A stretch of 64,000 bases of DNA. Origin: Picochlorum sp. SENEW3. Its lineage: Eukaryota. The notes beneath the pieces are model-generated. The model saw only the letters and a list, made by a program, of their open reading frames with translations. It was not told where the DNA came from and ran no database searches. A program made the translations under genes and the position numbers. Shown in pieces: positions 1-9,624 of this stretch (its first letter is position 1; the number at the start of each line of letters is the position of its first letter). The stretch lies in contig CP120460.1 of assembly GCA_034226945.1 (NCBI GenBank), forward strand, positions 434,001-498,000, given 5' to 3'.

Positions 1-342
1 CCGTTCTATGAATTCTTCTATCCGTCGCTGCAGCCATATGTGCATTATCTGCCCGTCCACGTGACAGATGTGGCTGCTGCCGTGAAGTGGGCCAGGAAGC
101 ATCCAAAACAATCCTATCAAATGATTGTTGCTGCGAGAGAGTTTGTATGTAACACTGTGACGAGGGAATCGGTGAATGCGTACATGAAATATGTGTTTGA
201 GGAGTATAGTTCAATGTATAACGACATTCATGCGTCGGTTGAGACTGCGGATATGGAGCGTGTGCTGTTTCCAGGTGGTATATGGCAAACTTGTCCCGAG
301 GTGCCCTTTGAATGCCCAGGCTTTGACAATGAGCAAGATTGA
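1..342 (+). CDS. 3' part of a glycosyltransferase family 90 (CAP10/KDELC-like) gene, truncated by the window edge; tandem paralog of 808-2103
   Basis: Frame-1 translation PFYEFFYPSLQPYVHYLPV... is about 95% identical at nucleotide level to 1762-2103. Confidence 0.85.
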   Translation, partial: PFYEFFYPSLQPYVHYLPVHVTDVAAAVKWARKHPKQSYQMIVAAREFVCNTVTRESVNAYMKYVFEEYSSMYNDIHASVETADMERVLFPGGIWQTCPEVPFECPGFDNEQD

Positions 343-807
343 TAGTGTTAGGTACAAGAAAATCATGTGGTGACTCCGCCAATCAAAGCAAGAAAAGTAG
401 AAATCTCCCTCACTGTGTGGAGCAACGCAAGGGCATGTCATCATATATTACAAGTAAAAACATCAGTCGTGTGTGTTTGTACTGGTCAATGCTTTAAATC
501 GATTTCTGCATGAACAAGCGCTGATATTTAATTGCTCTTTGCAATATCAAGGCATGCGTTCTCTTCTTGAAAGTTGATGGCATTTCCAAGCCCCCTTCAT
601 CTTTCAAACCTCATGCACATGCATGCATCTGAGTTTACCCCGTTCAAAGGTGTGATCCATCCAACGGTGGTCTGCCGCCTACGGGATGCGATGGAAAAAA
701 ATACTTTCTTACTACCTGCGCTACGACGCTGGAACTATGTAATTGACAGTAGAATACATCTATAGGTAAATATATGTAAATATGTCACTGAATAGTCAAT
801 TTGATTC

Positions 808-2103
808 ATGAGGTGGGCAAAATTTGGGGGTGGTATTCCCCTGTATTCAGTTCTGCTGATAGCAGTCCTGGCCCCATGGCTTTTCATGTACGCCTTCTGG
901 GACTGCAAACGATACGAATTTGAGATTGAAAAGAGCGAGATACGAACGCCCAATGCATCTGTTCCCGTGGACCATGGTAAGACTGCTGCTGCCTTTGGTG
1001 GGCGAGGCCACGTGTGCCATGATTTCCCGACAGAGTGGAAGCGAGACGCAGAGAGGACCTTCCGGTATCTGAAAGAGCATCACACGCCATCAAAAGAGGC
1101 GCTGGAGGAGGCCATTGAGTCCCTACGCTTTGGCTATCACCTCAGAAAAGAAGGTACAAAGCTCTACAAGACAAGACATTCTTTGCGGAGTGGGAACGAT
1201 ATGAACAATGCCTTGTGCCAATTTGTGTACGCAATGTGCAAGGAATCCATACAAGGAGATATGGATTGGGTGTACACCACTGGCGACAAATCGCTATCAA
1301 AAGATTTCCCAAGTTTCTCATGGACAAAGAGTGTTACAGACTTTGACATTTTGGTTCCATATCAGCACTCCTTCCGCAGCTTGGACAGAGCAGGGTGCGA
1401 CAGACCCTTGCCTGATTTTGAGACTTGGAAGCGTGAGAAGAAGAACATTGCGTTCTGGAGAGGAAGCACAACAGGCATCGGCAAATGGACAACATCCACT
1501 TGGGAGGAGTATCCAAGACCCAAGCTTGTTCTCTACTGCAAGGAGCACGAGGACATTTGCGATGCTAAATTCGTTTCATATATCCAGGGAGCAGAGAATA
1601 TCCCCGAGATGAGAGAACGACTAGGGATGGAGGCTGCCAGGGTGTCACAAGCTGATGTTGAAGAGCACAAGTTTGTGATTGTTGTGGATGGCAATGGCCC
1701 GCCAAGCTCCAGGATATTGTCTCAGCTTCAAGGACACAGTCTTGTTCTGAAACAAGAGAGCCCGTTCTATGAATTCTTCTACCCATCACTACAGCCATAT
1801 GTGCATTATCTGCCCGTCCATGTGACAGATGTGGCTGCCGCCGTGGAATGGGCCAGGAAACATCCAAAACAATCCTATCAAATGATTGTTGCTGCGAGAG
1901 AGTTTGTATGTAACACTGTGACGAGGGAATCGGTGAATGCGTACATGAAATATGTGTTTGAGGAGTATAGTTCAATGTATAACGGCATTCATGCGTCGGT
2001 TGAGACTGCGGATATGGAGCGTGTGCTGTTTCCAGGTGGTATATGGCAAACTTGCCCCGAGGTGCCCTCTGACTGTCCAGGCTTTGACAATGAGCGTCAT
2101 TGA
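808..2103 (+). CDS. Glycosyltransferase family 90 (CAP10/KDELC-like) type II membrane protein, 431 aa
   Basis: N-terminal TM anchor; motifs AFWRGSTTG, HKFVIVVDGNG..SSR, SLVLKQES.FYEFFYPSLQPYVHYLPV. Confidence 0.85.
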   Translation: MRWAKFGGGIPLYSVLLIAVLAPWLFMYAFWDCKRYEFEIEKSEIRTPNASVPVDHGKTAAAFGGRGHVCHDFPTEWKRDAERTFRYLKEHHTPSKEALEEAIESLRFGYHLRKEGTKLYKTRHSLRSGNDMNNALCQFVYAMCKESIQGDMDWVYTTGDKSLSKDFPSFSWTKSVTDFDILVPYQHSFRSLDRAGCDRPLPDFETWKREKKNIAFWRGSTTGIGKWTTSTWEEYPRPKLVLYCKEHEDICDAKFVSYIQGAENIPEMRERLGMEAARVSQADVEEHKFVIVVDGNGPPSSRILSQLQGHSLVLKQESPFYEFFYPSLQPYVHYLPVHVTDVAAAVEWARKHPKQSYQMIVAAREFVCNTVTRESVNAYMKYVFEEYSSMYNGIHASVETADMERVLFPGGIWQTCPEVPSDCPGFDNERH

Positions 2104-2334
2104 CAGTGGCGCTTTGATCTTTTGATAGATGAACGTATCCAATGTTTAGGTGACCTGATAAAAACACGTTTTCCTGAAAAGTCATTCGAAATACCACGCT
2201 CCAGGTATGGGCACATCAACTTGAGTTGATCAAGTGAATTGAGATTCCTTTTAACAGAACCTGTCGTGCCTTTTGCCTGGATACAATACATTCCACCGAC
2301 ATCCAATCAATTTATATTTAAAAAATTGAATAGT

Positions 2335-4119
2335 ATGCGGCGGGGTGCAGCGAATTGGTGTCAAATCCTGAGACTTTTAGTCAGAGAGGAGTCTGTGGTG
2401 ACAAACCAAGGACGCCGAGCGATTCATTCGAACCGCATTGTAAATGCAAATAAATCAAAGGATTTCAAAGATCCACTTGCGTCGTACCCCAAAGTACACC
2501 ATGCGACGGCAGAAGAAGCATCGAAGATTTCCAAGAGGAATGCAATTACATTTGCCACTTTACTTGGGACTACAGGCGCAGTGTACTACTCTGTGCTTCA
2601 AAATATATCGTCACAGAGTTCAGTAGAGCCGATCGAAAATGAAGAGCTGGTCAATTGGTCTGGAACTCACTCGTGCTTGGTGAAGAAGCTCTATCAGCCA
2701 GAGTCATCAGAACAGGTTGAAGCCATTGTATCCCAGGCACATGCAACCAAACAAAAGACTCGATGTGTGGGATCTGCCCTGTCTCCCAATGGCATATCGT
2801 TCGAAGAGGAAGGGATGATGAGCCTGTCTCTCATGGACAAGGTCCTCTCTGTAGACAAGGAAGCAATGACTGTCACTGTCCAATCTGGTGCACGTGTGCA
2901 GCATGTAGCTGATGAAATCAAACAATATGGAATGACTTTAATGAATTATGCTAGTATACGGGAGCAGACTGTCGGTGGTTTCACGCAAATCGGAGCACAT
3001 GGCACAGGAGCTGGGATTCCGACAGTGGATGATTCTGTTGTCCGGTTGAAGATTGTGACACCGGCCCAAGGAACTATATATGTATCTGACAAGGAAAACC
3101 CAGAGCTTTTCAAGCTCGCAAAGGTTGGTTTGGGCTGTTTGGGGGTTGTGATAGAGGTGACTCTTCAGTGTGTCCCAGCACACAAGTTGGTGGAGAAGAC
3201 ATTTGTCACACACGTGCGTGATGTGAAGAAACATCACGTATCATGGCTGAAGGATAATAAGCATTTGCGTTACATGTGGATTCCAAACACGGATAAAGTT
3301 GTAGTTGTTCAATGCAATCCAGAAGGATCTCCACAGGCAGAATTGGCTCTTAAAGAGATGAAGGACGATACACACAGTGGAGAGAACAACACATTGCATG
3401 CCCTCCAGCAAATGGTCGAAAAATCTGGTATTCTCAAGGATGGTGAGGAATCGATCCATAACCTGTCACCAACAGAGTGCAGAGATGTCCTGTTAGCCCA
3501 TGATCCATTAAATCCTTCATGGGTGGCGTCTGTGAATAAAGCAGAAGCAGAATTCTGGGAGTCTAATCAAGGAGTCACCGTTGGCTGGAGTGATGATATC
3601 TTAGGTTTTGATTGCGGTGGTCAGCAATGGGTTTTTGAAGTAGCATTCCCGTGCGGCACACAAGCATCTCCAAATCACAAGGACATCCATTACATGGAAG
3701 AGCTATTGAAGCACATCAAGAAGAACAACATCCCAGCGCCTAGTCCTATCGAACAGAGGTGGTCGAGTGGTAGCTCATCGTCCATGAGTCCATCCTCAGG
3801 GAGCCCTGAATCACTCTTCTCATGGGTTGGCATCATCATGTATTTACCAGAAGGAGAAGGTGAGGAAGAAAAGAGATTAGACGTCACGCGCCGTTTCATG
3901 GATTACAGAAATATCGTAGAAAAGAATCTTTTGAGTCGATATGACGCTGTGGAGCATTGGGCCAAGATTGAGATTCCAGAGACTCCATCAGAGACTCACG
4001 CCATGCGCAATCGTCTCAACAAACGATATCCTATAGCCGCATTCCAGCAAGCTAGAAAAGAGGTAGACCCACACAATATCCTTGGAAATAAAATAGTTGA
4101 TACATTGTTTGAATCGTAA
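2335..4119 (+). CDS. GLDH: L-galactono-1,4-lactone dehydrogenase (mitochondrial, ascorbate synthesis)
   Basis: NWSGTH, VGSALSPNG, NYASIREQTVGGFTQIGAHGTGA, GFDCGGQQWV, PAPSPIEQRW, EHWAKIE. First in-frame ATG is at 2335. Confidence 0.92.
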   Translation: MRRGAANWCQILRLLVREESVVTNQGRRAIHSNRIVNANKSKDFKDPLASYPKVHHATAEEASKISKRNAITFATLLGTTGAVYYSVLQNISSQSSVEPIENEELVNWSGTHSCLVKKLYQPESSEQVEAIVSQAHATKQKTRCVGSALSPNGISFEEEGMMSLSLMDKVLSVDKEAMTVTVQSGARVQHVADEIKQYGMTLMNYASIREQTVGGFTQIGAHGTGAGIPTVDDSVVRLKIVTPAQGTIYVSDKENPELFKLAKVGLGCLGVVIEVTLQCVPAHKLVEKTFVTHVRDVKKHHVSWLKDNKHLRYMWIPNTDKVVVVQCNPEGSPQAELALKEMKDDTHSGENNTLHALQQMVEKSGILKDGEESIHNLSPTECRDVLLAHDPLNPSWVASVNKAEAEFWESNQGVTVGWSDDILGFDCGGQQWVFEVAFPCGTQASPNHKDIHYMEELLKHIKKNNIPAPSPIEQRWSSGSSSSMSPSSGSPESLFSWVGIIMYLPEGEGEEEKRLDVTRRFMDYRNIVEKNLLSRYDAVEHWAKIEIPETPSETHAMRNRLNKRYPIAAFQQARKEVDPHNILGNKIVDTLFES

Positions 4120-4122
4120 TGA

Positions 4123-5478
4123 TTAGAAAGCTGAAGCCTCCCCCTTTTTCGATTGTTGCCGCTGTTCATCCTTTGTGAGATGTACACCTCTCACAATGTC
4201 GTAGGCAACATCAAGCATGTCCCCTCCCACATTTCCACCACAAATGACAGCCACGACATGCTTTCCAGCCAAAGATGGAGCCATCTTGATGATGCTTGCA
4301 ATAGTCACAGCCGCAGCTCCCTCAATCTGTGCTGCATGATGCCCATGGAAACCAACCATGGCAGCAGCAATCTCAGACTCACTCACCGTCACCCAATCAT
4401 CCACCAAGTCAGCACAATACTCTAATGTGATCGTATCATCTTCGATACTGCCAGCAGTTCCCTCCGACAGAGTTTCCAGCCACGGCATGGAAACAACCTT
4501 GCCTGCCTCGACGGATTGACGCATAACATCAGAAGCCTCTGGTTGGCAACCAATCACCTTGACATGGGGGGCAATACCTTTTAAAGCACTCGCGACCCCT
4601 GATATCAATCCTCCTCCACCTACAGGTACAAACACTATATCCAATTTGTCTGTTGCCATGAGAATCTCTATTGCAATTGTCCCCTGCCCAGCCACAACAT
4701 GCACATCATTATATGGTGATATATACACTTTTCCGCCCTCATCAGCAGCCCGCCGTGCTGCAATTTCCGACTCAACACAATCTTGTCCTAACAATGTGAT
4801 ATGTCCGCCACATGCCTCAGCCTCTCTCTCAATCTTTGACAACTTTCTTGAGCTAATTGTTTCTGGCAAATACATCTCGACTGGAATACGTTCCCCAGTC
4901 ATCTTTCGAATCTCCTTAATCGCATTCAACACCGCCAAGGCATGATTTCCGGTCGACGAAATCACAATGCCATTCTTCCTCTCTTCTGGGGTCAGAGACA
5001 AAACCTTGAATGCAGCCCCTCGAGCTTTGAACGATCCTGTTTTTTGTGTGTTCTCCATCTTCAAAAACACCCGCGTGCGTGCACCAACATCACCACTACC
5101 CGCCCGCGCCACAGCTTCTTGTAACCAAGGACTCGGCATAAGAGCTGTTTCGATAATCCCAAGCCCATAAATAGACTCCATGGCTCGCCACACCAAATCG
5201 ATCCCTCCATGCAAGCCTTTTGTTTCAAACGCCCCCGGAAGCGTGTCTCTCGCAGAATCCCATCCACGCTGCTCAAGACGCTTAATAAAGTACGTGTCAC
5301 TCTCCTTGGTGAATCCTTCTCCGTCATTCCGCCTCTCGACGGCACACTGCGTCGTGGTGACACGTGTCGTCGAAACCCTGTTCCACCCCCTTTGAACCCT
5401 ACCACTTCTTCTCCCATGACTCTCGTGAGAGCCATGATAACAATGTGAATGCACAACGCATACGTGTCCCACCACCAT
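4123..5478 (-). CDS. PLP-dependent threonine/serine dehydratase (serine racemase-like, no ACT domain) with an N-terminal targeting extension
   Basis: FLKMENTQKTGSFKARGA (PLP Lys), SSTGNHA, AGQGTIAIE, VPVGGGGLISG, ICGGN. Confidence 0.85.
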   Translation of the reverse strand: MVVGHVCVVHSHCYHGSHESHGRRSGRVQRGWNRVSTTRVTTTQCAVERRNDGEGFTKESDTYFIKRLEQRGWDSARDTLPGAFETKGLHGGIDLVWRAMESIYGLGIIETALMPSPWLQEAVARAGSGDVGARTRVFLKMENTQKTGSFKARGAAFKVLSLTPEERKNGIVISSTGNHALAVLNAIKEIRKMTGERIPVEMYLPETISSRKLSKIEREAEACGGHITLLGQDCVESEIAARRAADEGGKVYISPYNDVHVVAGQGTIAIEILMATDKLDIVFVPVGGGGLISGVASALKGIAPHVKVIGCQPEASDVMRQSVEAGKVVSMPWLETLSEGTAGSIEDDTITLEYCADLVDDWVTVSESEIAAAMVGFHGHHAAQIEGAAAVTIASIIKMAPSLAGKHVVAVICGGNVGGDMLDVAYDIVRGVHLTKDEQRQQSKKGEASAF

Positions 5479-5975
5479 GGCCGGAAATGCAACTCTGGTT
5501 GTGTCCAACAAGATACCCTTGGTCGTGTTTCTGGTAGTCCTCAGTTGTCAATGTGACCAACCGTCACAGTACTTGCATGACAATGATGCTTTTTGTTAAG
5601 GTTTACGTGCGAGCGGTGGTGATACAAGCAGATGCGCAACCATTTTTGGAGATGGGTACCCACACTGTAGAGGTAGACATGTATCTACCATCAAAACATT
5701 CCTTTGATGGTGTCAGAATATATTCCCTGTCATATGCTCCGAGAAGGACAGCACATGGTGTACATCAAGAATTCCGATAACTAATTAGTAACATCTTTAT
5801 TGACCTGACTGACCACATATATATACAAAAGTACGAGGAACAACGTGCGCTGGTTTCTTTTCGGCTTTTGCGTTGAAAGACATTTTCTCAGATTCGCTTG
5901 TTACGAGTGCTGTCAGGTAGACGGCATCTAGAAGACATTTAGTAGAAGATTGACATTACAAATTTATCAAGAACA

Positions 5976-6239
5976 ATGAGAAAATCTCCGCTTGTGGTGA
6001 TCATGCCAGCGTTTTACCTGACTCTGGGGTATCTGTCCTTGACATACTTCAAGGTTGGGTATGCCCTGTTCACTCGTCTGGTGCAGCTTCAGGCGAATGT
6101 TCCATTATGGGATACAACACTGCAGCCAATGCTGCAGCAGATTTTGAACATGATGCAGCAAAGCATTGGGACGGCAGATCAGCTCAGATTTTCCATGACA
6201 AACATCTTGCTTGCTGCTATTCTGATTGTTCTGTCCTGA
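5976..6239 (+). CDS. Small hypothetical membrane protein, 87 aa
   Basis: ATG in an A-rich context, two hydrophobic segments, and it fills an otherwise empty gap. No family recognised. Confidence 0.5.
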   Translation: MRKSPLVVIMPAFYLTLGYLSLTYFKVGYALFTRLVQLQANVPLWDTTLQPMLQQILNMMQQSIGTADQLRFSMTNILLAAILIVLS

Positions 6240-6288
6240 TTGATTCATTCTTCATCCATCATGTAATATACACAAACATACATTATTT

Positions 6289-7912
6289 CTATCGATGCTG
6301 TAGGAGTTGGATTTTTCCTTGAGATCCATTACTCGGATGTGTTGTTGCTGACGAGGGGGTACTTCCTCCAGACCGATGATGAAGTCTGATGGAGTCATCA
6401 TCATCCTCTCGCGGCATACTGCGATCTGCCTGCTCCATATCCGTCATTCCCATATTCGATGATATCGAGATTTTAGAGTACAAGAATGTGTTTCGCTTGT
6501 CTTTTGGATACGTCATGTGGAGGGATGAATACACGACGAAGCAAAAGAGCCATGGGATGGTGGTGAAGGCCACCAGAGCGCTTCCAAGGGCATGGGCGTT
6601 TGGAATGTCGATGCTTGGGTCTCCCGTGACGGCACTTGTCCCACTGAATCCAAACATTTTTTCCGACATGTATCCTACTAATGGGGTGGCAAACGCTGCA
6701 ACAGCTCCCTCAAAGCATCTATCAAATGAATATACAAGGTTTCGCTGGGATGGAGGAACAATCTCTGCAAAAATGGGATTATTGGCGCAAGGCGCAGGCC
6801 ATGCCGTGGACACTGCAAAGAGAAAAATTGATATACTGTACAGCAAGGTGTTGGTGAGACCTGCTCCATCAGGGAGCGCTTTGAAGATCAAAAATGCAAA
6901 TGGTATTCCGATAAAGACACTGAATTGGGTTGCCACAATACGACCATGATTTGGGAATCTCGATGCTGCCAAGTCTCCGATCCATCCTCCCAAGAGACCC
7001 CCTAAACCGCCTCCTATTAAATAAAGAGCTACAATGACCGATGCCGCACTGTCAGACATACCCAAGAGTTGCAGATAGAGGGTGAGAAAAACCAAACTTG
7101 CATATGGAACACTCCCAACAATGCCCTGCAGGATGATCAACGAGAATGTGGGTATTTTCATGACACCTCCAATTTGCATGGCGATGGATTTCAGGCTGTC
7201 GACCGACACGCCACCCGAACTCTCTGCATCACGCTCCTTGTCCTCAAACGCAGCATCATGGACAAAGAGATGGTTCAGTATGCCCGCCAGCGCACTCAAG
7301 GCTGACACAGAGAAAAAGACAAATCGCCACCCTTCAATGCCTAAAGGCGTGTATGCCCCAAGATTGGTTGCATACAGAGCGCCCAGCATGCCTCCAAGGC
7401 TGATGACAAGCCACAGGGTACCAAATGCCCGCCCTCGTGACTCACTGGCATGTAAATCAGCTGTCAAACTCTGCACACTGGGTATCACGAGGGCCAATCC
7501 CAAACCATTGACAGCACACAGTCCTATTGCCAGATGAAGCGATGATACACAGGCAAATGCAGCCGTGAAGATGGCCCAAATGCAACAACCAACTCCAATA
7601 ACTGTCCCACGTGGAAGAAACTCGCCTACATATAAACCATTGACAATACCGTGATATTGCCCCATATAAGGCACAAATATACTTTTCTTAACACGTACTT
7701 GCTACCCCAGCCAGCGGAGATGTCAGAGCCTGGACAAAAGCTCGAGCAAGTGTAATGTACCCCAATTGCGATGGCGTTGCGTGTAAAGACGCACCAACCC
7801 TAGAATATAGGGCAGGGAGTATTTGTTCATCACATTTCTCTAGGACACTGGCTGTATTGATGAGAATAGTTGTCCTCCTGTTGGACTCGAGGTCAAAGAG
7901 GGAAGGCGACAT
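6289..7912 (-). CDS. Major facilitator superfamily transporter (spinster-like), 2 exons (7912-7699, 7625-6289), 516 aa
   Basis: EKCDEQILPALY, SLTADLHASESRGRAFG, NNPIFAEIVPP..R..YSFDRCFE, multiple TMs. GTACGT...TAG intron 7698-7626 restores the frame. Confidence 0.88.
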
Positions 7913-8027
7913 CCTTGATAGTCGAGTCTACGTATCCTAGGGCATAGTATTATACTCCTGTAACGATCTCTTTTGCTTTTTATGTTACATGGAGTATAAT
8001 TTAATGAAATAGAACAGAACGACGGTG

Positions 8028-9304
8028 TTAATGCTTGGTCTTTGGGGCCCATGGAAGCTCGGCTAGAGCACCATCTGCCTGATGTTGTCGAATTGCTGCA
8101 TCTGCTTCAGCTGGACGCTGGACTCGGATGCGGAGGTGGCGAGCTACATTCTCATCTTTCTCGGTTGGCTTGGGTTCTTCGATTGGCTCTACTCTTCTCC
8201 ATCCACACCGTTTCAGCACCATGTAGGTGATGCCTGCTAAAACTAATACTCCTACTAATGCTCCCAAAGCTGCTAATACGATGACCAATATGTTGCTGCC
8301 ACCTCCTGAGGAACTTTCGCTTTCCTCTCCTTTTTGTTGCTCTGGAGTGTTTGTGGTATCGGGTGATGGTGGTGCACTAGTTGGGTCATTTGGCTCATCC
8401 AATTTTGTGGGTATCACTGGGCCTTCGAAAGGTTCGACATTTTCGTCCGTCTCGACAATCTCATCCTTTGTGTCGGGCTCATCCTTCTTTTTATCTTCGG
8501 GGTCTCTCCATGGTAATGGAGACTGTGTCTCTGAAGGCGATGGTGACACAGGAGGTACATCTACCTGCTCATTTGGAGGCGGAGATGGAGATGGCGATGG
8601 CTCCATGGGAGGTGGTCTTTCTGTGAATGGGTTATACCACGATGGATCTTTGGACCAGAGCTCCTTGCACCCTTTGCATTCGATGAGGAAGGATGCCGAT
8701 GGGTCACCAAAGTTTCCTTTTCCATTTCGTGGAATGGTCATGTTTAGCAAATGTGAGGCCAATATCTGGTAACTTCCCATTGACAATGTTGCTTGTCCAA
8801 TCAAATCATCTCCAGCTTTTGCATTAGGAAGGATATTTGGCTTGTCGGGATGGCATCCATTTGGTGCACCATCACATTCCCATAATTGACAGATGAGTGT
8901 GTCTCCATATTCATACTTCCAGTCTCCCAGACGATGATCCAATGGATAATACCAAATGATTGGGTACAGAACATCCTTCATGTGAGTGAATAATGAAAAT
9001 TGTTCGATTGGAACTCGAGGGCTATAGCACAGCATGCTCAATTGAGGTGTCCCAATCCATTCTGCAGATACATACCATGTGTTACCAAATGCAATGTCAG
9101 GGGCCACCATGAATGAGTCCTACACGTACCTCGATCATCAAGAGGGAATACTGGAGCGGTGAATGCGCCGACATCAATGTACGTTTCCGCAGTGAATTGG
9201 CCTCCAGTGACGACGAGCTCTCTTTTCGGAAGTCCAGCCGAGGACTGGCCGGACACGGCGCCCAGCAGGGATATCAACCCAATATAAAACAAAATGGACT
9301 TCAT
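8028..9304 (-). CDS. Type I membrane protein: signal peptide, globular (possibly C2-like) ectodomain, Pro-rich stalk, TM; 2 exons (9304-9130, 9061-8028), 402 aa
   Basis: Signal MKSILFYIGLISLLGAVSG; intron GTACGT...CAG 9129-9062 joins the two ORFs in frame; TM ILVIVLAALGALVGVLVLAGITYMVL followed by KR. Confidence 0.75.
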
Positions 9305-9624
9305 AATTCATCCATGTGTAGTATTGAAAATGTCTGGAGACTGCGGGGGAGTCTGAATATGGCGTGGTGAGTACACGAGGCGTGTTTCTGGCGACCAACC
9401 AAGAGTTCGACGCGCCCACGTGGGCACGTGGAAGCGTATTCAAACATGCACGGAGATGAAGTTACAAGTATATCAATGATACAGGAGATACGGCACTATG
9501 TTCGTGGATGAGCAGCAGAATATGCATGGATTTGCATCTGTTTCTGGCATGTACCAGAGTGCCCGTATGACTGCTACATGTACCAGAATAATTCAGATGC
9601 AGACACACTCTCCTGCTCTTCCTG

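Noticed and set aside
9400..9425. GTTCGA T-loop-like motif (also near 33410, 33494 and 39821)
   Set aside because: No flanking T stem or matching tRNA half in either order.
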